A stretch of 32,000 nt of DNA from Pseudodesulfovibrio mercurii (GTDB lineage: Bacteria > Desulfobacterota > Desulfovibrionia > Desulfovibrionales > Desulfovibrionaceae), in the NCBI RefSeq assembly GCF_000189295.2, contig NC_016803.1, positions 2,340,001-2,372,000 of the forward strand. Reading direction: 5' to 3'. The notes below the pieces were generated by a model, which saw only the letters and a list, made by a program, of their open reading frames with translations, made no database searches and had not been told where the DNA came from. How positions within the stretch are numbered: the stretch's first letter is position 1; every line of letters starts with the position of its first letter. This document shows positions 18,135-26,444 of this stretch, one piece after another. The translations under genes were made by a program, and so were the position numbers.

Positions 18135-18730
18135 GAATGCCTCCGGCGGCCCCTTGATTCGCCCCGTCCTGGGGCTCACCCCTGCGGGGTCGCGCCTTTC
18201 CAGGCGCGGTCCAAATCCGTTGTCCTGCGGATTTGTCGGGGGGACCAGAGAACCCTTTGGAAAGGGTTCTCTGGACTCTCCCAAACTTTTTGTGTGCCTT
18301 CGGCAGGGGCGTGCGGACGCGGGGAGACATGCGGGTTGGGAGGAGGCGGAAGGGCGGAGATGGTTGGCGCAGGGATTACCCGGGGGTGGGCAGGCGGGAC
18401 CCGTCTTGACGGTTTTGCGGCGTTGGTAGAGGACGGCGGAACGGTCCTTTTTAGCGGGTTATTCCCTTCTTAAAAAATAAACCCCGCGATTTCGGGCAGA
18501 AAAAACGGCGTGCTTTCTCTCGTGAAGAAGCACGCCGTCCGGTCCGTTTTTTCTGCCCGAAATCGCACACCGGCACGGCGGAAGGCGTCCCTTGCCAAGC
18601 CTTCCGCCGCCGCACGCCCCCGAGCGCAAGCGAGGCGATGGGGGTCCAAGGGGCTTTGCTCCCTGGCGGGTGCAGGGCAGCGCCCTGCCCGTCGGAGACG
18701 CCGCCCGGCGAGGGCCCGCCGGAGGCATCC
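18135..18730 (-). repeat. composite hairpin-rich intergenic element, copy B (inverted relative to A, C and E)
   Basis: It has the same terminal inverted repeats (GAATGCCTCCGGCGGCCCC ... GGGCCCGCCGGAGGCATCC). The interior is the reverse complement of copy C at well over 90% identity by eye across most of its length. The palindrome is at 18245-18274. An extra module of about 95 nt (18150-18244) is shared with 4255-4350. Confidence 0.85.
18486..18566. terminator. bidirectional terminator-like nested hairpin inside repeat copy B
   Basis: It has the same 23-nt outer arms and inner GC stem flanked by A6 and T6 runs. It lies between convergent usp and the RND gene. Confidence 0.6.
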
Positions 18731-18763
18731 CCCGCAGGATTTTCCATCCCCAACGCCGCTCCT

Positions 18764-21700
18764 CTACTTCGCCGTCTCCTTGCCGCCGTACAGCGCGTAA
18801 TAGCCGCTGGGCACGACGACCAGGGTGAACAGGGTCGATGCCACCAGGCCGAAGATGAGGGCCCAGGCGAGGCCGGAGAAGATGGGGTCGAGGGTGATGG
18901 GCCAGGCGCCGAGGGCGGTGGTCAGGGCGGTGAGCACGATGGGTCGCATGCGCACGGCGCCGGACCGGACGATGGCCTCCTTGAGGGGTTTGCCGTCCTT
19001 GACCTCGGACTGGATGAACTCGATGAGCACGAGCGAGTTGCGGATGACGATGCCGCCCAGCGCGATCATGCCGATCATGGAGGTGGCGGTGAAGAAGACC
19101 GGGTCGCCGAACCCGCCGACCGTGGTGCCCGCGATAAGGTTGAGCAGCCAGAAGCCGGGCAGGATGCCGAGCAGGGTGAGCGGGATGGCGGACATGATCA
19201 GGGTGGGCATGATGAAGGAGCCGGTCTGTCCCACGAGCAGGATGAAGATGCCGACGAGGGCGGCGGCGAAGGCCAGGCCGAGGTCGCGGAACACGTCGAG
19301 GGTGATCTTCCATTCGCCCTCGCCCGCCCACTGGGTGGTCAGGCCGGGTTGCAGGGGGTCTTTCCCGAGCATGGACTGGAGGTCCAGGACGGCTTCTCCG
19401 GGCGGGATGCCCGCGGTTTCGGCGTAGACGTAGGCCACGCGCTGGAGGTTCTTGTGATAGATGGGCTGTTCGGCCGGGACCTGGCGGAAGGAGCCGAGTT
19501 CGGCCAGGGGGACCATGGCCCCGGAGGCGGTCTTCATGCGCAGTTCGCCGAGGGTGTCGGGGCCGGTGCGCAACCCCACGGGCAGGACCAGGCGCACGGG
19601 CAGGGGCTGGCGCTCGTTGGGCAGGTGCACGTTGGCCGGGGTGGAGCCGGACAGGGCCAGGCGCAGGGTCTCGACCACGTCGGCGGTGGTCACGCCGTGC
19701 AGCGCGGCCTTTTCCTTGTCCAGGACGAAGTCGTACATGGTCCGGTCGGTCTCGGAGGAGTCGTCCAGGTCCACCAGGCCGGGCAGGGTCCCCATGGTTT
19801 TTTCCACGTGGCGCGCGCCCTGGATCAGGGAGCGGTAGTCCATGCCGGGCGTGCCGTAGATCTCGGCCGTGAGTGTGGCGATGACCGGCGGGCCGGGCGG
19901 GGTTTCGACGAGCTTCATGCGCACGTGGTTCCTGTCGGCGATGGCCTGGAGATCATTGCGCAACCGCAGGCCGATGGCGTGGGACTGCATGGAACGCTCG
20001 GACTTGTCCTTCAGGTTGACGCGGATGTCCGCGAGGTTGGGCTGTTCGCGCCAGTAGTAGTGGCGGACCATGCCGTTGAAGTCCATGGGCGAGGGCTGGC
20101 CCGAGTAGGTCACGAAGTCGGTCACCTCGGGCACGGTGCGAAGATACGCCTCGAAGTCGCGCACGGCCCGGTCGGTCCGCTCCAGGGTGGTCCCTTCGGG
20201 CATGTCCACGAGGATCTGGAACTCGTTCTTGTTGTCGAAGGGCAGCATCTTGAGGGGCACCAACCGCATGAGCACGAGGGCCCCGCACAGGCCGAGCCCG
20301 GCCAGGATGCCGAACAGGAGCAGCCAGCGGTTGCGCGTTTTGTTCAGGAACGGGGTGATGATCGCGCCGTACCAGCGCTGGAGCCGAGTGCCTTTTTGGG
20401 CGGCCCCGTCCGAGACGGGGGCGGTCTTGAACTTGCGGTTGCGCAGCAGCAGGTAGGCCATCCACGGGACCACAGTCAGGGCGGCCACTGTGGAGAAGGA
20501 CACGGTCAGGGGCACGTTGGCGGCCATGGGGGCCATGTACGGGCCCATCATGCCGGTGATGAAGAAGAGCGGCGCAAAGGAGACGATGATGGCCAGGGTG
20601 GACAGGATGACCGGGGGCAGGACCTCCTTCACGGCGGCCAGGGTGGCCTCGAGCGGGTCGCGCAGCCCCATGCGGATGTGCCGCTGGATGTTGTCCACGT
20701 TGGTGATGGGGTCGTCCACCACCAGCCCCAGGGAGAGAATCAGGGCGAACAGGGTCACGCGGTTGATGGTGTAGCCCATGAGATAGTTGACGAACAGGGC
20801 GAGCGAGAAGCTCATGGGCACGGCCAGGGCGACCACCAGGGCCTCGCGCCAGCCCAGGGTGAAGGCGAGCAGGGCGATGACCGTGACGATGGCGAAGAGC
20901 AGGGAGGAGAGCAGGTCGTTGACCTTGGCGTGGGCCGTGGCCCCGTAGTCGCGGGTCACGGTCAGGGTCACGCCCTCGGGCAGGACGTCGCGTTCGAGCT
21001 CATGGGCGCGATTGATGACCGCTTCGGCCACGCCCACGGCGTTGACGCCCTTTTTCTTGGACAGCCCGATGGTCACGGCGGGCCGGGACACGTCCTCGGG
21101 CTTCTTGCCCCGCTCGGTCATGTACAGGTCGGAAAAGCCGATGCGCGAATAGCTGGCCGGTTCTGCCGGACCGTCGATGATGTCGGCCACGTCGCGCAGG
21201 TACACGGGCTTGTCGTCGAACACGCCGACCACCAGGGAGGCGGCGTCCTCGGCGGACAGCAGGAAGGATTCGCTGACCACCGGGGTGTCCCTGTCCCCGG
21301 CCATGAAGTGCCCGGCGGCCAGGGAGCTGTCCGCGCCCCTGAGGGCCTTGGCGATCTCCTGGGGCGAGACGTGGAACCCGGCCATGCGGTCCGGGTGCAA
21401 CTCCACGCGCACCTCGCGCGAGCGGCCCGAATACAGGCGCACGCGCGAGACGTCCTCGACCTCGGCCAGCCGGTGGAACAGCTCCTCGGCCATGCGCCGC
21501 AGGTCGAAGTCCGTGTACCGGCCCGCGTGGTCGTGGTCGGCGTGCAGGGTCAGGGTGACGATGGGCACGTCGTCGATCTCCACCGGCTTGACCACCCAGC
21601 CCGAGACCACGGACGGGACCAGGTCCTGGTTCTTCATGATGGTGTTGTACAGCTTGATGAGCGAGTCCTCGCGGTTCTCGCCCACATAGAAGCGCACGGT

Positions 21701-22006
21701 CACGGCGGTCTGGTCCTTGCTCGACGTGGAGTAGACGTACTCCACCCCGTCGATCTGCCAGAGCAGCCGCTCCAGCGGCGTGGTCACGAGCTTCTCCACC
21801 TCCTCGGCGGAGGCGCCCGGCACCTGGACCATGACGTCGGCCATGGGGACCACGATCTGCGGCTCCTCCTCGCGCGGGGTGACCAGGATGGCGGCCACGC
21901 CCACCAGGAGCGAGGCCAGGGCCAGGATGATGGACATCTGCGAGGTCAGGAAATAGCGGACAAAGGACGGCAGCGCGCCCCGGACCCTGGATTGATCGGG
22001 CTGCAT
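18764..22006 (-). CDS. RND-family efflux transporter permease subunit (AcrB/CzcA-like, 1080 aa)
   Basis: Its length and 12-TM plus two-large-loop layout fit the family. The N-terminus (FVRYFLTSQMSIILALASLLVGVAAILVTPREEEPQIVVP) and many segments are RND-like. Its start overlaps the MFP stop (TGATG). Confidence 0.9.
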   Translation of the reverse strand: MQPDQSRVRGALPSFVRYFLTSQMSIILALASLLVGVAAILVTPREEEPQIVVPMADVMVQVPGASAEEVEKLVTTPLERLLWQIDGVEYVYSTSSKDQTAVTVRFYVGENREDSLIKLYNTIMKNQDLVPSVVSGWVVKPVEIDDVPIVTLTLHADHDHAGRYTDFDLRRMAEELFHRLAEVEDVSRVRLYSGRSREVRVELHPDRMAGFHVSPQEIAKALRGADSSLAAGHFMAGDRDTPVVSESFLLSAEDAASLVVGVFDDKPVYLRDVADIIDGPAEPASYSRIGFSDLYMTERGKKPEDVSRPAVTIGLSKKKGVNAVGVAEAVINRAHELERDVLPEGVTLTVTRDYGATAHAKVNDLLSSLLFAIVTVIALLAFTLGWREALVVALAVPMSFSLALFVNYLMGYTINRVTLFALILSLGLVVDDPITNVDNIQRHIRMGLRDPLEATLAAVKEVLPPVILSTLAIIVSFAPLFFITGMMGPYMAPMAANVPLTVSFSTVAALTVVPWMAYLLLRNRKFKTAPVSDGAAQKGTRLQRWYGAIITPFLNKTRNRWLLLFGILAGLGLCGALVLMRLVPLKMLPFDNKNEFQILVDMPEGTTLERTDRAVRDFEAYLRTVPEVTDFVTYSGQPSPMDFNGMVRHYYWREQPNLADIRVNLKDKSERSMQSHAIGLRLRNDLQAIADRNHVRMKLVETPPGPPVIATLTAEIYGTPGMDYRSLIQGARHVEKTMGTLPGLVDLDDSSETDRTMYDFVLDKEKAALHGVTTADVVETLRLALSGSTPANVHLPNERQPLPVRLVLPVGLRTGPDTLGELRMKTASGAMVPLAELGSFRQVPAEQPIYHKNLQRVAYVYAETAGIPPGEAVLDLQSMLGKDPLQPGLTTQWAGEGEWKITLDVFRDLGLAFAAALVGIFILLVGQTGSFIMPTLIMSAIPLTLLGILPGFWLLNLIAGTTVGGFGDPVFFTATSMIGMIALGGIVIRNSLVLIEFIQSEVKDGKPLKEAIVRSGAVRMRPIVLTALTTALGAWPITLDPIFSGLAWALIFGLVASTLFTLVVVPSGYYALYGGKETAK

Positions 22007-23136
22007 CAGCGGGCTCCCTCCGTGGTCAGCCCCACGGTCTCGCCGCCGGACAGGCCGGACAGGATCTCGACCTTGCCGCCCACGGTCTCGCCCGTGCGCA
22101 CGTAGACCGGATGCCAGGTTTCGCCGCTCCGGACCATGACGGTCTCGAGCTGGCCCACGCGGCGGACCGCGTCCTTCGGCACCAGCACGGTCTCGCGCTC
22201 GCCCAGCGGCACCAGGAGCCGCCCGAACATGCCGGGATACAGGCCGGGCCGCTCGGGCAGCCGGACCTTGACCAGGAAGGAGCGGGTCACGGGATCGGCC
22301 AGGGGCTCGATCTCCTGGACCACGCCGGCCAGCGGCTCCTTGTCGTTCAGGGCGGTGATGATCACGGACAGGGAGTCGCCGAGCTTGATGCGCCCGATGA
22401 GCGCCTCGCGGACCATGGCCTCAAGATGCATGGACCCGCCCGTGTGCAGGGTCAAAAGTTCCTTGTTGGGAAAGGCCAGGTCGCCCGGCTCCACCAGCCG
22501 CCTGGCCACCTCGCCCGGCTCCTGGGCCATGATGGTCGTGTACCCGAGGTCGATGTCGGCCTCCTGGACCACCTTGTCCGCCTCGCGCGCCTGGGCCTCG
22601 GCCCCGGCCACGCCCTGCTCGGCCCGGCTTAACGCCGCCTTGGCCTGCAAATAGGCGGACTCGGCCTTCTCCACTTCCTCGGCCGTGACCACCTTCTGCT
22701 CGAAAAGCTGGCTCATGCGCCGATACGTGGACTCGGACTTGGTGTACGCGGCCTTGGCCGAGGCCAGCCCGTCGCGCGCCTGGGCCACCTGGCTGCGGGC
22801 CGAAAACAACGCCTGCTTGGACCGCTCCAGCCGGGTCTGGGACGCGCGGCTGTCCAACACCACCAGCCTGTCGCCCTTGGCCACACGGTCGCCGGGCCGG
22901 ACCAGCACCTCGAGCACCCGACCCGTGACCTGGGCCTCCACCCGGACGTCGGTCTTGGCCTGGACCGTGCCCACGGCGTCGAACAGACGCGGCAACACCG
23001 CCCGCTCGGCCACGACCGTGGCCCCGGGCTCGTACCCCGCACCCTTCTTGACCACCACCGGCGCGTCCTGCCCGCAGGCAGCCAGCACCGTCGCAAACAG
23101 AACGACCGACAATATGTTCATGATTATTTTTCGCAT
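22006..23136 (-). CDS. efflux RND periplasmic adaptor (MFP) lipoprotein
   Basis: The start MRKIIMNILSVVLFATVLAACGQ carries a lipobox (LAAC). Barrel-sandwich and coiled-coil hairpin sequences are typical of the HlyD/MFP family. I chose the ATG at 23136 because the track's longer N-terminus runs into repeat copy C. Confidence 0.85.
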   Translation of the reverse strand: MRKIIMNILSVVLFATVLAACGQDAPVVVKKGAGYEPGATVVAERAVLPRLFDAVGTVQAKTDVRVEAQVTGRVLEVLVRPGDRVAKGDRLVVLDSRASQTRLERSKQALFSARSQVAQARDGLASAKAAYTKSESTYRRMSQLFEQKVVTAEEVEKAESAYLQAKAALSRAEQGVAGAEAQAREADKVVQEADIDLGYTTIMAQEPGEVARRLVEPGDLAFPNKELLTLHTGGSMHLEAMVREALIGRIKLGDSLSVIITALNDKEPLAGVVQEIEPLADPVTRSFLVKVRLPERPGLYPGMFGRLLVPLGERETVLVPKDAVRRVGQLETVMVRSGETWHPVYVRTGETVGGKVEILSGLSGGETVGLTTEGAR

Positions 23137-23187
23137 GCCCAACCCCATAGCACACAACCCCCCGCCCCCGCCACGGTCAAGATAGGG

Positions 23188-23765
23188 GAATGCCTCCGGC
23201 GGCCCCTTCCGGGGGAGAGCCCTCGCCGGGCGGCGTCTCCGACGGGCAGGGCGCTGCCCTGCACCCGCCAGGGAGCAAAGCCCCCTGGACCCCCATCGCC
23301 TCGCTGCGCTCGGGGGGCGTGCGGCGGCGGAAGGCTTGGCGCGGGACGCCTTCCGCCGTACCGGTGTGCGATTTCGAGCAGAAAAAACAGACCGGACGGT
23401 GTGCTTCTTCACGAGAGAAAGCACGCCGTTTTTTCTGCCCGAAATCGCGGGGTTTTATTTTTTAAGAAGGGAATAACCCGCTAAAAAGGACCGTTCCGCC
23501 GTCCTCTACCAACGCCGCAAAACCGTTTTGACGGGTTCCGCCCCCCCGCCTGCGGCGTTGGGCAACCGGCGCGAACCCTTCGGGACACCGCCTTGCCGCC
23601 GCCCGCCGATCTCCCCGCCAACCATCTCCACCCTTCCGCCCCCTCCCATCCCGCACGCCCCTGCCGAAGGCACACAAAAAGTTTGGGAGAGTCCAGAGAA
23701 CCCTTTCCAAAGGGTTCTTTGGCCGCCGGAGGCGCCCGCCCGGCGAGGGCCCGCCGGAGGCATCC
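23188..23765 (+). repeat. composite hairpin-rich intergenic element, copy C (forward)
   Basis: The terminal inverted repeats are GAATGCCTCCGGCGGCCCC ... GGGCCCGCCGGAGGCATCC. The nested hairpin is at 23368-23448 and the palindrome at 23693-23722 (one mismatch). It sits between the divergent 5' ends of the MFP gene and mutM. Confidence 0.85.
23368..23448. terminator. terminator-like nested hairpin inside repeat copy C
   Basis: The structure is the same as in copies A and B. Here it lies in a divergent promoter region, so a terminator role is doubtful at this locus. Confidence 0.4.
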
Positions 23766-23862
23766 CCGCTCGCCGGTCGGCCGATCCCGCCATCCGAACT
23801 TCCGATGGCGGGACCGGGCGGGGCGCTTTTCAGGCGGGCGGATTTCGGGTACTCACCAAACC

Positions 23863-24681
23863 ATGCCGGAACTACCTGAAGTGGAAGTAATTGCGCGCGG
23901 GCTGGACGCGTCGGTGACGGGCCGGACCATCGAGTCGGTGGAGGTGCCTGGCCTGACGCGTTTGAGCGAGCCCGAGGAGACCCTGGTGCCCAAGGTGCTG
24001 GGGCGGACGATCACGCACGTGCGGCGGCGGGCCAAGGTGTTGCTGGTGGAGCTGGACAACGGGTCCACGCTGGCCTTTCATCTGAAGATGACCGGGCGCG
24101 TGGTGCACGGGCCGAAGCGCGCGGCGCAGCGGCACGACCGGATCCTGTTTCATCTGGACGACGGGTCCATGTTGTATTTCGCGGACATGCGCAAGTTCGG
24201 GTATGTGCGGTGTTTTGCGGCGGACGAGCTGGATTGCTGGGATTTCCTGTGCAAGGCCGGCCCCGAGCCGTTGGAGACCGCGCCCGAGGCGCTGGCCGAG
24301 CGGGTGACCGGGCGCAACTGCGCGATCAAGGCGCTGCTGCTCAACCAGTCGGTGGTGGCGGGCGTGGGCAACATCTATGCGGACGAGTCCCTGTTCCGGG
24401 CGGGCATCAACCCCGAGACCCGGGGCAGCCGGGTGGGCCGGGACCGGGCGGTCAGGCTGTTCACGGCATTGCAGGCGGTGCTGCGGCAGGCCATTGCCGA
24501 GAACGGGAGCTCCATCTCGGACTATGTCAACGCGCACGGCGACGCCGGGGCGTTCCAGAACAGCTTCAACGTGTACGGCCGCAAGGGCGAGCCGTGCCGG
24601 GCCTGCGGCGAGACGCTCAGGGCCGTGACCGTGGCGGGCAGGACCTCCACCTTCTGCCCCAGATGCCAGCGCAGGCGCTGA
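23863..24681 (+). CDS. mutM: formamidopyrimidine-DNA glycosylase
   Basis: The N-terminus MPELPEVEV carries the catalytic Pro2/Glu3. An H2TH region (LLLNQSVVAGVGNIYADESLFRAGI) and a C-terminal zinc finger (CRACG...FCPRCQ) are present. Confidence 0.95.
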   Translation: MPELPEVEVIARGLDASVTGRTIESVEVPGLTRLSEPEETLVPKVLGRTITHVRRRAKVLLVELDNGSTLAFHLKMTGRVVHGPKRAAQRHDRILFHLDDGSMLYFADMRKFGYVRCFAADELDCWDFLCKAGPEPLETAPEALAERVTGRNCAIKALLLNQSVVAGVGNIYADESLFRAGINPETRGSRVGRDRAVRLFTALQAVLRQAIAENGSSISDYVNAHGDAGAFQNSFNVYGRKGEPCRACGETLRAVTVAGRTSTFCPRCQRRR

Positions 24682-24784
24682 GGTCGAACCGCAACGGTCC
24701 GCGAAAGAGGGTTGCGGTCGGCCGGGTTCGGCGGCGCGGGTGGAGCGATCAGTGGTGCATCGGCGGATCGGGACCGTCCCGGGC

Positions 24785-24818
24785 TGTGGATAAAACAGGC
24801 AGTCATTCCGGTGGATAA
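24785..24818 (+). promoter_or_regulatory. two direct DnaA-box-like sites upstream of murJ
   Basis: TGTGGATAA (24785-24793) is the exact reverse complement of TTATCCACA. GGTGGATAA (24810-24818) matches 8/9. The second site overlaps the -35 region of a TATACT -10-like hexamer at 24829-24834. Confidence 0.4.
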
Positions 24819-24890
24819 GACAATTTTCTATACTTTCTCTAGAGTTTACCCTGTGCAGGAATTCGAACGGCGGCGAAACGAAATCGGACG

Positions 24891-26444
24891 GTGGACCGAG
24901 TGAGCGATCACGGCAGGCGCATAGCCCGGAACGCGGCGGTGGTGGCGGGAGCCACCCTGGTCTCGCGCATATTGGGGTTCGTCAGGGACATCATCGTGGC
25001 CTTCGCCCTGGGCGCGGGGCTGTTCGCGGACGCCTTTTTCGTGGCCTTCCGCATCCCGAACCTGCTGCGGCGGCTGTTCGGCGAGGGCTCGCTGACCATG
25101 GCCTTCATCCCCATCTATTCCCGGCTGCTGGAGGAGGAGGGGGAGGCGGCGGCCCAGGCCATGGCCCGGTCCGCCATGGCCTGGCTGGCCGTGGTGCTCG
25201 TGGCCATCACCGTGGTGGTGGAGCTGCTGGCGCGCCCGCTGACCATGGCCATCGCGCCGGGATTCCTGGACAACCTGGAGCAGTTCGCGGTCACCGTGGA
25301 CCTGGTGCGCATCTGCTTCCCCTATGTGGTGCTCATCTGCGGGGTGGCCCTGTGCATGGGCATCCTCAACTCGCGCAACCATTTCCTGGCCCCGGCCCTG
25401 GCCCCGGTGGCCCTGAACCTGGCCCTCATAGGCGCGGCCCTGTTCGGCTGGTTCGCGGGGTTCAACGTGGCCTACTGCATGGCCTACGGCGTGCTCGTCG
25501 GCGGCGCGGCCCAGTGGCTGCTGCAACAGCCCTTCCTGCGCCGCACCGGGTTCTCCTGGCGCGGACCGTGGTCCTGGCGCAACCAGGGCGTGGCGCGCAT
25601 GGGCATGCTCATGCTGCCCACGGTCTTCGGCGCGGCCGTGTACCAGCTGAACATCGTGCTCGGCACCCTGCTGGCCTCGTTCCTGCCGGTGGGGTCCGTG
25701 TCCTATCTGTATTACGCGGACCGGCTGGTCCAGTTCCCGCTGGGGGTGTTCGGCATCGCCATCAGCACGGCGGCCCTGCCGTCCCTGTCCAGGCTGGCGG
25801 CCAAGGGCGAGATGGAGGAGTACGACGAGGCGTTGTCCGCGTCGCTCGGGCTGACCCTGTTCATCAGCCTGCCGGCGGCGGCCGGGCTCATCGGCCTGGC
25901 CGGGCCGGTCATCGGCCTGCTCTTCGAGCGCGGGGCGTTCACGCCCGAGGCGGTGACCGCCACGGCCAACGCCCTGGTGGCCTACTCCGCGGGGCTGCCG
26001 TTCATCGCCCTGTCGCGGCCCCTGGTGGCCGGGTTCTACGCCCTGGAGGACACGCGCACCCCGGTCAAGATCGCGGTCCTCTGCCTGGCGGCCAACATCG
26101 GGTTGGGCGTGCTGCTCATGCAGTTCCTGGCCCACGTGGGGCTGGCCCTGGCCGTGAGCGCCTCCTCCCTGCTGAACTTCGCGCTGCTCTATGTCCTGCT
26201 GGCCCGCAAGCGCGGCACGTCGCCCATGCCGCTCGGCGCGGCCCTGCGCATCCTGCTGCTGTCCGCGCTCATCGGCGGGGGCGCCTACCTCAGCGCGAGC
26301 TGGCACCCGTGGTGGGTCCTGCTCATCCCGGTCTGGGTGGCGGTCTACATGTTCCTGGCCCTGACCCTCGGTCTGAAGGAGGCCCGCCTGTTCGCGGACA
26401 TGTTCCGCTCCCGGATGCGGCGCAAGCTCGCGGGGACCCGATGA
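24891..26444 (+). CDS. murJ: lipid II flippase MurJ (MviN)
   Basis: The N-terminus has the MurJ signature (VVAGATLVSRILGFVRDIIVAFALGAGLFADAFFVAFRIPNLLRRLFGEGSLTMAFIPIY), and the protein is polytopic at about 517 aa. The start is GTG at 24891. Confidence 0.9.
   Translation: MDRVSDHGRRIARNAAVVAGATLVSRILGFVRDIIVAFALGAGLFADAFFVAFRIPNLLRRLFGEGSLTMAFIPIYSRLLEEEGEAAAQAMARSAMAWLAVVLVAITVVVELLARPLTMAIAPGFLDNLEQFAVTVDLVRICFPYVVLICGVALCMGILNSRNHFLAPALAPVALNLALIGAALFGWFAGFNVAYCMAYGVLVGGAAQWLLQQPFLRRTGFSWRGPWSWRNQGVARMGMLMLPTVFGAAVYQLNIVLGTLLASFLPVGSVSYLYYADRLVQFPLGVFGIAISTAALPSLSRLAAKGEMEEYDEALSASLGLTLFISLPAAAGLIGLAGPVIGLLFERGAFTPEAVTATANALVAYSAGLPFIALSRPLVAGFYALEDTRTPVKIAVLCLAANIGLGVLLMQFLAHVGLALAVSASSLLNFALLYVLLARKRGTSPMPLGAALRILLLSALIGGGAYLSASWHPWWVLLIPVWVAVYMFLALTLGLKEARLFADMFRSRMRRKLAGTR

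Noticed and set aside
22006-23424. The 472-aa version of the MFP adaptor ORF, and likewise the 362-aa version of mutM starting at 23593.
   Set aside because: In both cases the extra N-terminal residues are read from repeat copy C. The internal starts give a canonical lipoprotein signal (MRKIIMNIL...LAAC) for the MFP and the obligatory MPELPEVE N-terminus for Fpg.
24785-24890. The DnaA boxes as part of a chromosomal replication origin.
   Set aside because: Only two boxes are visible. There is no cluster of additional boxes, no obvious AT-rich unwinding repeats, and no dnaA, dnaN or gidA neighbourhood. A regulatory site is more plausible.
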